Origin: Eledone cirrhosa
Taxonomy: Eukaryota
Reading direction: 5' to 3'
Length of the DNA: 64,000 nt
Assembly: GCA_964016885.1 (NCBI GenBank)
Contig: OZ024741.1
Span: 219,852,001 to 219,916,000, forward strand
Under the pieces are notes generated by a model, which saw only the letters and a program-made list of their open reading frames with translations, had not been told where the DNA came from and did no database searches. Positions 24,397 to 37,431 of the stretch are shown here, piece by piece. The translations under genes were made by a program, and so were the position numbers. Within the stretch, counting starts at the first letter, position 1. Each line of letters starts with the position of its first letter.

Positions 24397-25126
24397 GTTA
24401 TTTTGAGTTTTTTTTTTTTTTTTTTTCCTTTCTTTTTTTCCTCCTTAATTTTTTTTTTTTTTTTTCCCCTTCCCTTTTCTTTTTTCTTTTCCCTTCCTTT
24501 TTTTATGTTTTGATGCCGCTGTTGTTGTTGTTGTTGTAATTGTTGTAAATGTTCATTTCAGTTCATTCTGAAGCTGTTGTTGCTGTAAACATTAGTGCCG
24601 GTGTTGTTGTTGTTGTAGATGTTGGGGTTGAAATCTGGTTGTTTGACTGAGTGATGTATATACACACATATACATACACACACATATATATATATACATT
24701 CATCAGAGAGTAGAGAGTTTGACAACAGGTCGATGACTTTAGTCTCGATAGGGTATGGTATGGTAATGACATGTGATGGTGGGGAGAGAGTGTAGACGTT
24801 ATTGTGGTGGTGTGGACAGTGAGATGTATCTAGTTCATTTGACCGTTTTCTTCTCTTAGCAAAATTTGAATTCTAGCCATGTTATATTGAGATGTAAGTA
24901 AATGTAAAATATAAATAAGGATTGCTCTGCTAAAATATACTAAAATATTTGTGTAACTTCCACAAACTTCTGTCGTGACATTCCCGAGTCCAGTAACCAA
25001 CAAATTGTTGTATTTTGATGTTTCAGAATACAAAAATTAATTAAAAACTTACCCCACGAAGATACATACATACATACATACATACATACATACACAAAAC
25101 ACCACCATACATACATACATACATAC

Positions 25127-28100
25127 ACAAAACACCACCAAAAATACCATCATATATAACTAAAATAGAAAAAAAGAGTGCTGACCTACGAAAAAACATA
25201 GGACATGTGACAATGCTCCTTACATGCAAACAAACACAAAAAAACCTCACTCCTCACCAACAAAGAGTGAAAAATAAAATAGAGACGATGTTTGGTAACA
25301 GTAAAACCAGAACTCTCCAATATAAGCTGATCACCCTCAAACAAGAATTGAGAGCTGTTAGCGAAAAACGCCGATACCTGAAGAGGGTTGATGAGAGAAA
25401 AATGCTTAATAAAAGATTCAGATGGAACCAAACATCAGTCTATAGATATATGAAGGGCAAAATAATAAGTGTCACTGAGGCCCCATCCCAGAAAGACATA
25501 GATTCCTTTTGGAGAAAAATATGGGGTGAAAAGAAAAATTTCAACCAAGATGTAGTGTGGCTAAGAGAAATCCGAAAGAACTATTGCTCCTTCACTACAA
25601 CAAAAACATACGAAATAAGTGAGGGTACCCTTGAGACTGTGATAGAAAAACTCCAAGATAAGAAAACACCAGGAAGAGACATGATTGTCGGCTACTGGTA
25701 CAAAAAACTGATATTCTATCGGAGGTATCCTACTGACCTCTACCAACAAGTTCTTAAGGGAGATACACTTATACCAGAATGGTTGACATTAGCACAAACA
25801 TTACTGGTCCCCAAGACAAAGACACCCACTTGGCAAAAAACTACCGACCCATTGCATGCCAGAACCTGATGTATAAGATATATACAGCCTGCCTGAACCT
25901 ATTCCTCCAAGATCACTGTGAAAATAATAACATCATCACAGATGAACAAACAGCTGGAAAGAAAAGGGTTTGGGGATGTGCTGAACAACTCCTAATCAAC
26001 AAAACTGCGATGTCGGAGGTGAGACAACTTAGGAGGAATAAGACTACAGTCTGGCTGGACTACAAGAAAGCTTTCGATTCTGTTCCCCACTCTTGGGTGA
26101 TAGAGGCCCTCCAACTTGCTAAAGTCCCAGACATTATTGTCAGAGCCATAGAGAGGCTGTCTTCTTCTTGGGCTACTATCCTAAGGTTAACGACAGAGAG
26201 GGAGGACTCTATTTTCACTGATAAAATAAAATATTGCAGGGGTATATTTCAGGGGGACAGTCTCTCTGAGATATTGTTCATCTTGTCATTAAACCCCTTG
26301 TCCTTTCTGCTCAAGAAATATGAAGGATACATCATTGGCTCACAGGAGGACAGAAATACGAACCTAACCCATAACTTCTTTGTGGATGATCTGAAACTCT
26401 ATGCCAAGAACATGGATGGGATGAAGAAAAATCTTGACCTGGTTACAACGTTCTCAAAGGATATAGGAATGGAGTTTGGCCAAGATAAATGCTCATACAT
26501 GACTGTAAAGCGGGGAAAAACAGCAACCCAATCTAACGACATTGTCATCAATGGTCTAACTGTTTCACCGATATCTGATGAGGACTGCTACAGATACCTG
26601 GGGATAGATGAGAACATATCCTATAATGGTATCTGTAATAAAGAACGCGTAACCAGGGAATACTACACCCGATTAAGAAAGATCTGGTCATCGGAACTCT
26701 CTGCGCAAAACAAAACAGTGGCTCACAATATGTTTGCTGTGCCTGTTCTAACACCAACGTTTGGAATACTCAATTGGACGATAGACGAAATCCGAGCAGT
26801 TGATGTTGGAACTCGAAAAATACTAAACAACAACGGAAACTTCCACATCAACAGTGACATAGACCACCTTTACTTGAAACGTAAGCAGAGAGGCAGATGC
26901 CTAACATCAGTCCACACAATATTTGAATGTCGCATCATATCTCTCCGACAACATCTACGAACCTCGAAGCGTAGGAGCCCGCTTCTCCAGCAAGTCTATC
27001 TGCATGAAACAGATAAGATCATGAGAGTTGAGAAGGAACTCCTTGAGAGATATTCCCTGTGTGATAATCAAAAACTCACACCCAGGGATGTCGCTCAGCA
27101 GTATCGCAGTGAATCCATGGATGAAAAACTGTATGCCTATCAGCAAAAAATCATGCATGGATATGTTGCCAGGAAGCTCCAGAGTGAGAGTAATATAGAT
27201 AAGGAAAGTAGTCTATCTCGAACCAACAACCGCTATATTGGCTCCCACTTTGAAGGATACGCTTTTGCAATCCAAGAACAGGAGATTAGCACGAAATACC
27301 TGATTCACAAAAGAGATAGGGATGCAGGCAAAACACCTAGATGTGATAACAAGTGCAGACTCTGCAGAACTAACATCGAGGATATCACCCATGTCATCAG
27401 CAGCTGTCCAAAGATGTCATCGCGGTACTATCTACCTATGAGGCATGATGTAGTGGCCAAAACACTGTACAATGCAGTTCGTAAAATGATAGCCCCGATA
27501 ATAAACACATTAAAAGCTACAACAATGTGGAAGACATCCATGTATATAATATGAAAGAGTACTGGTGGAATGTTCCAGTAAAACCCCAATAAAATGCAGG
27601 CATAACAGACCAGATATTATGATATGGGACAGGGAGAAGAAAACATGCACAGTAGTGGAAATTAGCTGCCCAGCAGATGCCAATATAATATCAAAGATTA
27701 GTGAAAAGGAGAATATTTATGCAGAACTGATGAGAAATCTGCAGATACTCCACCCTGATTACACCTTCAGATTTATGCCTGTGATTATTGGGGCACTGGG
27801 ATATGTTAGTAACTGCCTCAATACAAATCTTGAGAAGCTAGTCTTCACAGGAACAGAAAGAACACAACTAGTTAGGAAATTACAAGTACAATCCATTAAT
27901 GGAACAGTAAAAATATGTAAAACATTCCAAAAATTGTGCATCTAATAACTACATATGCACATATACAGATACAAAAGATATGCACGTACACACATAACTA
28001 AAAGCATACAAAACAACACATACAATAACATCCATACCTGCACACACACGCACTCATGCAGACATACATACATATCTACCTAGTTGATGTCTAAATTCCA

Positions 28101-28180
28101 ATGAGAGAGTCTTGTGTCTACGTTAGAAACCGACTCTTTCTCTATTGGTAAACATTTATAAAATTATAAAACCAGAAGAA
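25127..28180 (+). mobile_element. R4/Dong-clade RLE retrotransposon, 5'-truncated, frameshifted, flanked by (CATA)n
   Basis: YRPIAC, DYKKAFDSV, GIFQGDSLS, FVDDLKLY, CRLC..H..C, RHD, RPD..VEISCP; (CATA)n at 25062-25126 and 28181-28190. Confidence 0.92.
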
Positions 28181-28670
28181 CATACATACATGATGGCTAC
28201 AACTCTGTTTCGAGAAATACCATCGCTTGCAATGCCAGGTATAGCAAAAAAATGTCACATACCAAGCGATGCCTGTGCTTGAAGCTTTTTTGAGCGATGA
28301 AAGGTTTTTCACGAGTCCAATCCCTCTTTCTGAACATCGAATGCATTTACCCAAAAAGTAGAACTGGTCTACATCATTGGATGCAAACGAAGTCGCAGGT
28401 TTTATATCAGAGTGACCTTCTCTCAGAGAGATGTCTTAATGAAGACTAGGAGTCTCTCGCTCCACAAAACAATACTCTATTGGATGACCGTTGAATTTCT
28501 TGAGTTCCTCCGCCCTTTGACGGGTTTCATTTTTCATCCCGTAGGGTGTTCAAAATGACCCTCCTCACCAAGCAAGCTTGGTGGGGTTGCCGGTTTAGTC
28601 ACCGACAACCCAACCATGTACAGGTTGACTGGGTTACATGTTACTAGTAGCGCTGAAGAGCGACCTGTCA
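28181..28670 (-). mobile_element. Second-family non-autonomous RTE derivative
   Basis: Same layout as 19131-19466 (CATACATGATGGCT..., ...ATGCCTGTGC..., CGCAGGTTTTATATC, CCTTCTC) with a diverged inverted repeat CATCGCTTG/CAAGCGATG. Confidence 0.65.
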
Positions 28671-28909
28671 TGATATACATACATAACAGGGAAAGCGGAC
28701 GTTAAATGATGATGATGATGATGATGATATACATGTACAAGCTGAAATAAATCACTTATTTCTTAATCAACTGACATTTCTTTAGTTGGAAGAAAGGGAC
28801 AAATAACTAATGCCATTCGGTGAAGGTCACAATGGAAGAAGTTCATTGAAAGAAGTTGAGAACTACTTTAAATAACTATTATTTACATGTTTAATACATT
28901 AGTAGGGCA

Positions 28910-29020
28910 ATGGATTGGCAGTATCAGTAGAGGGTCTGACGCCATGTTTGCAGCATAGAGTTATGACCCTTTGTGGTCTGAGTTCAAATCCCGCCGAGGT
29001 TAACTTTGCCTTTCATCCTT
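28910..29020 (+). mobile_element. tRNA-derived SINE with Deu/Nin-like domain (partial)
   Basis: B-box GAGTTCAAATCCC followed by GCCTTTCATCCTT; further copies ~34920-35110, 35340-35485(-), 42970-43155, 43330-43505, 44806-44908, 50343-50488(-). Confidence 0.7.
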
Positions 29021-29148
29021 AGTGAAGGCGCATGGCTTAGTGGTTAGAATATTGGAGTTGCAATTGATGAGAGGTTGTGAGTTCGATTCACGGACCAGGT
29101 GATGCGTTGTGTCTTTGAGCAAGACACTTTATTTCACGTTGCTCCAGT
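29021..29148 (+). mobile_element. tRNA-derived CORE-like SINE head
   Basis: A-box TGGCTTAGTGG, B-box GAGTTCGATTC, then TTGTGTCTTTGAGCAAGACAC; related copies ~34590-34860 and ~36745-36960. Confidence 0.65.
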
Positions 29149-29151
29149 TTA

Positions 29152-30723
29152 GGGGGGTACATACATACACAGACACGCATGTCTCACAAAAGAAACGCAA
29201 AAATATACATGCTTATATACACACGCACACTTACACATCCATACGTTCGATACGTACATACACATACACACACACACATACTTACACTCACGCATATTGA
29301 CCTGTTTGCATGCACACGCATAAAAATAAGTAAAACATATACCCATACATATATATATATATATACCTATATATATATACACACATACACATATATATAT
29401 ATACACAACCACACACACACAGACATACATATATATAGAGACACACACACACATATACACAGTCACACACATATACACATATATACACATACACACATAT
29501 ATCTACACATACATATATATATATATATAAACATATGTATTTTTACACTCTCATACATACAACCATACATACATAGACACTTATATATATATACACACAT
29601 CCACGCTTACATATACATATAATTATTGGGGGGGGGGGTTAAATTTATTAGTGGGAAATAGTAAATATAAAGGTTTCAAGGAACATAGAGTCATAACCTG
29701 AAGTTAAAGCTTAATATGTGTTTACTTAGTGGTATCAGTTTTAGGAAATGGTATTTGTAAGAAGGAAAGCCAAATTATGTAGTTCAACATAAGTAGAATA
29801 TTAATTATAGGTTAACTAAAATAAAAATAGTTTATATATTAATTTCTAAGGTGTATACTAATTAGGTTTATAATATTTAAAGCGGAATTATGTAGTTCAA
29901 CAGTAGTAGAATATTAATTATAGTTTAACTAAATTAAAAATAATTACATATGTTTACTTGATGGTATCAGTTTTAGGAAATGATATTTGTAAGAGGGAAA
30001 GCCAAATTATGTAGTTCATCGGTAGTAGAATATTAATTATAGGTTAACTAAATTAAAAATAGTTTATATATTAATTTCTATCGTGTATGTTAATTAGGTT
30101 TATAATATTTAAAGCAGAATTTTGTATTTTATCTGTAGTAGAATTTTAATTATAGGTTAACTAAATTAAAATTAATCTATATATTAATTTCTAAAGTGTA
30201 TATTAATTAGGTTTATATTTAAATGTTTTTCTCAGTTTATGATTACACGATATTTTGTATTTCACCCAATAATTATATGTATATGTAAGCGTGGATGTGT
30301 GTATATTTATATAAGTGTCTATGTATGTATGGTTGTATGTATGAGAGTGTAAAAATACATATGTTTATATATATATATATATATGTATGTGTAGATATAT
30401 GTGTGTATGTGTATATATGTGTATATGTGTGTGTATGTCTCTATATATATGTATGTCTGTGTGTATGTGTGTGTGGTTGTGTATATATATATGTGTATGT
30501 GTGTATATATATATAGGTATATATATATGTATGGGTATATGCTTTACTTATTTTTATGCGTGTGCATGCAAACAGGTCAATATGCGTGAGTGTAAGTATG
30601 TGTGTGTGTATGTGTATGTACGTATCGAACGTATGGATGTGTAAGTGTGCGTGTGTATATAAGCATGTATATTTTTGCGTTTCTTTTGTGAGACATGCGT
30701 GTCTGTGTATGTATGTACCCCCC
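29152..30723. repeat. ~470-bp inverted repeat (29152-29630 / 30265-30723) around an AT-rich tandemly repeated spacer
   Basis: Unique stretches between the microsatellites are reverse complements (e.g. CCATACGTTCGATACGTAC / GTACGTATCGAACGTATGG). Confidence 0.88.
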
Positions 30724-31186
30724 TTTTTTGTCTTCTTTTCTTTAGTTTTTTCTTTCTAAAAAAATGTTTCTTTCTAATTTTATTGTTATATTTTTATAAA
30801 TATATCGAGATTGATACTTTCCTTTAATTATTACACTCCCTTACCTCTTTTACTTCCGCATCTAGGTGTACGTGTGTGTAGGCGTGTTTATGCGCGCGCC
30901 TTCACATTCATATACTTATGATGTATCTATTCTGTCTGTAGATTACAGACATACAGATACATTTGCCCTAAATTTTAGATTTACACACACTTTTTCACTA
31001 TACGTATACATATGAGCATACACATATATGCACATCTGTGAGCGTATTTACATACATATACACACACCTAACTATATTTCTTGATAGATTTTTATATGTT
31101 TCAATCTCTATTTCATTTGTCTATTCAAAACCTGTTCCCTAACAGACCTATTGTATTGAATCTTTGTTCTTATCAATAAACAAGCA

Positions 31187-31327
31187 TCATTATTTCTGAA
31201 GACAGCATATATATGTGAAGATATGTATATTCACTCTGATAGTTTGTATAATATTGTACATAGATCTATAGAATATGCATACCTATTCTAACACATATAT
31301 GTCCTAGAAACGACCGTAAAATAATGA
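31187..31327 (+). ncRNA. Type I hammerhead ribozyme motif with ~100-nt stem II
   Basis: Stem I TCATTATTT/AAATAATGA (9 bp), core CTGAAGA (31196-31202), GAAA (31307-31310), stem III AC-GACC-GT, cleavage triplet GTA. Confidence 0.7.
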
Positions 31328-31384
31328 ACTTTTTTTGTTTAATATAAGGAACTGTTTCTTTGTTTATTCATTATTTTTTTAATA

Positions 31385-31387
<3 letters not shown>

Positions 31388-31423
<36 letters not shown>

Positions 31424-31487
31424 CATATACACATATATATACAAATACACAAACATATACACACATACACATACATATACACACATG

Positions 31488-31527
<40 letters not shown>

Positions 31528-31798
31528 TACACACTTATATATGTGTAAATATATATATATATATATACACATATATATATACACATATATACATACATAT
31601 ACACATATGCACATATATATATACACATATATATATATATATACATATACATATACATATATACATATACACACATACATACACATACAAACATATATAT
31701 AGATATATACACGTACACACACTTACATATATATGTGTATATACATATACACATACACATACATATACATATATACACATATATATATACATATATAT

Positions 31799-31851
<53 letters not shown>

Positions 31852-32241
31852 CACATATATATGTATATATATACACACATATAAATATATATATATATAC
31901 ACATACGCATACACACATATACATACACATACAATATAAAGGTATATACACATACACATATATACACACACACCTATATATACATATACACACATACACA
32001 TATATATATACATATATACATATACACACATACATATATATACATATACACAACCACACATATATACATATATACAAAAAAATATATATATATATACACA
32101 CACATACATACACACACACATACATATACATATACATATATATACACACATATACATACACATAAATATACACATACCTACACACATATATATATATATA
32201 CACACACACTCGCACACACACGTATATATACACACACACAC

Positions 32242-32310
<69 letters not shown>
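31388..32310. repeat. Compound (TA)n/(CA)n/(CATA)n microsatellite field
   Basis: Direct inspection. Confidence 0.95.
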
Positions 32311-32314
<4 letters not shown>

Positions 32315-32501
32315 AACCAGTAAGACCCCGACAGCTGAGCTCAAGCCGTTTCGACGGCTAATTCTGGACTGAATTAGCCGTCGAAACGGCTTGAGCTCAG
32401 CTGTCGGGGTCTTACTGGTTCCTATTACCCACTCTACTACCTCAAGTATTGAGTACTTTGGTGCGTTATGGTCCACCTGGTTCCTTACCACATTTCCTTC
32501 G

Positions 32502-32502
<1 letters not shown>
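32310..32502 (+). mobile_element. Palindromic Penelope-like terminal remnant in (TA)n; second copy 33388-33583
   Basis: ~55-bp-arm palindrome 32310-32425 containing a hammerhead 3' half (GAAA-CGGC-TTGAGCTCA-GCTG-TC) plus ~80-bp tail; TA arrays on both sides. Confidence 0.65.
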
Positions 32503-32544
<42 letters not shown>

Positions 32545-32920
32545 TACACACACACATATATATATATACATACATACATATACACACACATATATATAGA
32601 TATATACACATACATATATATATATACACACATGTACACACATATACATATATGTGCGTATATATATACACATATATATACATACACACACACATATATA
32701 TATATATATTTATATTTTTAACAGTGTGAAACATATATGTCAGCTTCTCTCCCTTCCTTTGTTGAAAAAAGAAGTAAGTGATATAGTCACTACTTTAAAA
32801 TAATAGCGCAAGGTCTTCAAAATGTTTTTAATTAAACATACGGTATATTAACAAATATACTATACATACATTCATGTATACATCGCTATTTCAGAGCACC
32901 AATCCTAATATATATATATA

Positions 32921-32981
<61 letters not shown>

Positions 32982-33325
32982 GTGTGTGAGTCTCGTGTTC
33001 AATCGGGGGGTAACCACAGTTAGTTAGTAAGATATTCAATCTATTAGTAGAGTGTAAATATCAAGTTTAATATAGAAATGGCTGCTACGGGACTAGAACT
33101 GTTCCTAATGATTTCTTTTGTAATCGCCATTTCTATATTAAATTTTATATATCTATATATGTTGTTATATTTGGGGAGGGTCATATTGTTATAATATTGC
33201 CACAAATAATAATAAAACATATTCACTGTTTGGTTTGGATTGGTTTTCGCTTCGGTATATTTTATATCTCTATAGTTAATTTAGTTGGCAATCAATGTTT
33301 ATCATTGATTGATCAACTGTTAAAA

Positions 33326-33391
<66 letters not shown>

Positions 33392-33582
33392 GGAACCAGT
33401 AAGACCCCGCAAGCTGAGCTCAAGCCGTTTCGACGGCTAATTCTGAGTCCAGAATTAGCCGTCGAAACGGCTTGAGCTCAGCTGTCGGGGTCTTATTGGT
33501 TCCTATTACCCACTCTACTACCTCAAGTATTGAGTACTTTGGTGCGTTATGGTCCACCTGGTTCCTTACCACATTTCCTTCG

Positions 33583-33649
<67 letters not shown>

Positions 33650-33658
<9 letters not shown>

Positions 33659-34050
33659 GGATACTATTCATGGTTATGTATATACTAAAACTTTTTATAG
33701 TTATGTATATTTTAAACCCTAAACAGTGAAGGTCAGTAATTTATTACTACCTTATTACTAGTAAGATAAATAGCTCAATGTAATAACATCAGTTGTTCTA
33801 CAGAGCAGTTATATAGAATTCACAAGAATCAAAGCTATGTTCAAAGCATTTATTCACTTACAATTGTTTCATCCAAACCTAGGCTTGGGGTCTTCGGAGT
33901 ATGTTTCAATGTTTGTACACATAGTTGAAAAGGAGGTCAATTATGTGTACAAACATTGAAAAATGCTCCGAAGACTCCAAGCCTAGGTTTGGTTGAAACA
34001 ATTGTAAGTGAATAAATGCTTTGAACATAGCTTTGATTCTTGTGAATTCT
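33650..34050. mobile_element. Penelope-like short element with ~113-bp-arm palindrome (33815-34050); non-palindromic copy at ~43582-43873
   Basis: Arms are reverse complements; each carries a hammerhead-like motif CCGAAGA-stem II(CCAAGCCTAGGTTTGG)-GAAA-CAATTG-TA. Confidence 0.65.
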
Positions 34051-34070
34051 CTCTCTCTCTATATATATAT

Positions 34071-34124
34071 ATAGTCTATCAAAGTTCTTTCTTCACACGC
34101 CTGTGACATCATCAGTGGTACTAT
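34071..34124 (-). ncRNA. Minimal hammerhead ribozyme motif (Penelope-type)
   Basis: Minus strand: CTGATGA-TGTCACAGGCGTGTGAA-GAAA-GAACTT; imperfect stem I; inverted partial copy at ~34161-34189. Confidence 0.5.
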
Positions 34125-35616
34125 GTCTCCGTCATTTATATTTTTATCAATAAAAATAAAAATGTGATGAAAGAACTTTGATAGACTATATATATATATA
34201 TTTATATCTATAAACACGATTTTATATCAAAAACCTTGCAAAGCAAATTATATTCAAAAGACCTTTTAACATACTGTTGTGCTGAATCTCCCTGAGAACG
34301 AGTCTGTGGAATGCTCAGTCACTTGAATGTTAATTTTGCGTGCAGACAGTTCCGTTGATAAAACAAATGGTACTCGTCGTCGCAACTGACGGAGGCCCAC
34401 CACTAAATGGATGTGGAATGAAGAGAACTTACATTGCTTGAGAATTGAAACTCGGCTCAACTGCCAAGCAAACTATCACATATACTGCTCAGTAGAGAGC
34501 TCACCTCTTTGTCATATAAAAAATACTGTCTGTAGTACCGTGCAGTAAACTGCAGTACAGTATAGTACAGTGCAATACAGTGTAGTACGTGGAGGCTTGT
34601 GGCCTTGTGCTACGCATGTTGGACTTACGATCATAACGTCGTTAGTTCGATTCCTGGGTTATGTGTTGTATTCTTGAGCAAAACATTTTATTTCACATTA
34701 CTTCTGTGTACTTAGCTGAAAATAAGTACCAACAGTAGCTGGCGTTTTAACCCTGTGATGGACTGGCGTCGTGTCTTGTACTCCTAGTCGCTTACCACCA
34801 CGGAAATCAGGATAAGCACCGACCCGATGATCCTCCGGGCTCCAGACAGACTTTAGACAAGACAGTTCAGGACAGTGCAAAACTCTTTGGTACAGTGCAG
34901 TACAGTGGAGTGCGGTAAGTGGTGGTGGATTGACAACATTGGTAGAGCATCGAATAAAATGCCATTCCGGGATTGGTTCTGGCCCTTTATGTTCTGAGTT
35001 GAAAACTCACCGAGATCAACTTTGCCTCTCATCCTTCGGAGGTCGATAAAACAAAATAGCAGTCAAATACTACGGGCAATTGAATCAACTTTACCCTTCC
35101 ACAAAATTTGCAGGCTTTTTCCCTTTTTTTTTTCCCCCAAATTTTTCCCCTTTTGTCCCTTAATTTCTGATGAATTCGTAGGGGCACCGTATTGATATAC
35201 GTCGTTGCTTGGGCATCTTAAAACTTGTGGGAGCCCATCTCTCCAGCTCCGAATACAGCAGATTTCTTTAAGAGAAGGATAAAGAGAGTGAGAGAGAGAG
35301 AGAAAGTGAGAAAGAAAGATAGAGGCAGAATCGACTCCAGTAGTTGACTGATACTTTTTTCTCGACCTCAAAAGGATGAAAGACAACGTTGACCTCGGCA
35401 GGATTTGAACTAAGAGATCAGATAACCGAAACGAATACCGCAAAGCATTCTATCCGACGTTCTAATGACTCTACAAATTCGCCGCCTACACACACACACA
35501 CACGCACACACGCACACACATACACGCAGACAGACACATGGACACACAGACACACAGACACACATACACAAACACACAGACACACAGACATACAGACACA
35601 CATACACAGACACACA

Positions 35617-35696
<80 letters not shown>

Positions 35697-35759
35697 AATA
35701 TATATAATTATTATAAAATAACAGGAGGCTGGCCTGGTGTAATTCCTTAAAGGTTTATT

Positions 35760-35817
35760 ATACTATGAACATTTCAATGACCGGGTTCAGTATGAATCCG
35801 GTGACATCATCAGGTAT
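35760..35817 (-). ncRNA. Minimal type I hammerhead ribozyme motif (Penelope-type)
   Basis: Minus strand: ATAC-CTGATGA-[TGTCACCGGATTC-ATACT-GAACCCGGTCATT]-GAAA-TG-TT-CA-TA-GTAT, then AATAAA. Confidence 0.7.
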
Positions 35818-36114
35818 TCAAAATTTAATAAAGGAATATAATAGACACAATCCAAGGGGCTGAAAAAGCAAAGAGATGAGAAGGCGGACGAAAAATTAGC
35901 AGTTGCCAGTCCGGTTGGCCGCCTTCGTATATATATATATACATATATTAGTGTATTAAGGTGAAATCATGAGTCTTTTATCCTGGAGTCCTTGTCTGAT
36001 TGTGATAAACAGGCGAAACTCCAGAAAAATATAAAACTCACTATTTAGCCTTAATAAAGGGAATATTAAAATTCTACTCCGGTATTGAGTATTCCTTACT
36101 CTCAGCTGTCAACC

Positions 36115-37155
36115 ACATAAGGATAAAGATAGAAAAGTTATCAAATGTTGTGTTCAGGAGAGGCGATTGCGTTGGTATGGACATGTGATGCGTATGAAGG
36201 ACGACAGCTATATAAAAAAAGTGCAGGGCAATGAAAATTGATGGAAGCTACGGAGTGGGTATACCAAGAAAAACCTGGGACGAGGTGATGAAAACTGACC
36301 TTGCCCACCTACACCACTCTAAGACAATGACACTGGATCGAGATCTTTGGCGCCATGCAGTTGTACAGAAGACCCGACTGCGAATGCATACAAACCTACC
36401 GTCAGTAGGCACCTCTTAACTCAATATACACCCCGCACCCAACACCGTACTCCATCCCCGCTTTCCCGTTCCGTCCACTGTGTCGATGACACAACAGTCC
36501 ACACTGTAAGGTGACCGTGTAGGTGACTTGGTGAAAAGGCTCCCAGTTCACACTGTAAATGTGGTTGGTGTTAGGAAGGGCATCCAGCTGTAAAAAAAAT
36601 CTGTCAGAGACACTTCCGTGCGAGACACGCTCCTCCGACCATTCCCGCATCAAATGGAACAAAACCGTCTAACCCATGCTAACTTGGAAGATGGACGTTA
36701 AACGATGGTGATGATGATGATGATATATATATATATATATATATGAAGATAAGTGGCTGAGTGCTTAGAGAATTGGATTCACAATCTTGAGGTTGTGAGT
36801 TCGATTCCTGGACCGGGCGATGCGTTATGTCCTTGAGCAAGACACTCCTTCCTGGAGTTGCGACCGATAGATAGTATTAGCAATTGGAAAGACCAACGGA
36901 AACACTGTTTCCTCGGTCCGATTTGACGAAAGTCGATCGATCCTTTTTTATATAAGAAATGCCAGTTGAGGGAAGACGCAGTAGAGGAAAACAACGAAAA
37001 ACATGGGCAGAGGTGGTAAGAGCAGAACTCAGATCGCTGAAGCTCATGGAGGAGATGACAAAGGACCGTGACAAGTGGAGAGATGCTGTGCTGAATAAGA
37101 CCCGTCCCACCATTGCGAGCAGGGAAAAACAGACGTAAAAGGATGATGATGATGA
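36115..37155 (+). mobile_element. Cluster of RTE-X/RTE 3' fragments and an RTE-related SINE ending in (GAT)n
   Basis: RRLRWYGHVMRM at ~36160; GTTGGTGTTAGGAAGGGCATCCAGCTGTA motif ~36563 (also ~49820); tails GACGTTAAA..(GAT)n. Confidence 0.65.
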
Positions 37156-37431
37156 TATATATATATAATGAGTCGACCATCGGTCACGAATGACCATGGT
37201 TTTTTTACCTACAAAATTTCTCCCCAAGGCACAGGCGTGGGCAAGTTTGTGGAAGACCAGCAGTCACCCATGCATAACAGTCTCCCCTCTCCACGCCACC
37301 GATGTTGTCCAAGGGAAAGGCAACGGCCGATTGTGCGACTCATGTTTACAGTGAAGCTGTAATAATAATCATCATCATCACCGTTAAACATCCATTTTCC
37401 ACGCTAGCATGACTGTCCAGTTTATTTATTT

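Noticed and set aside
29021-29100. Possible tRNA genes (A/B boxes)
   Set aside because: No intact cloverleaf; they continue into SINE body sequence and occur as multiple degenerate copies.
31360-32734. Long ORFs rich in Y/I/H/T or C/V/M
   Set aside because: Translations of (TA)/(CA) microsatellites; the same applies to ORFs at ~19430-19900, 24240-24540, 29100-30760 and 35390-35750.
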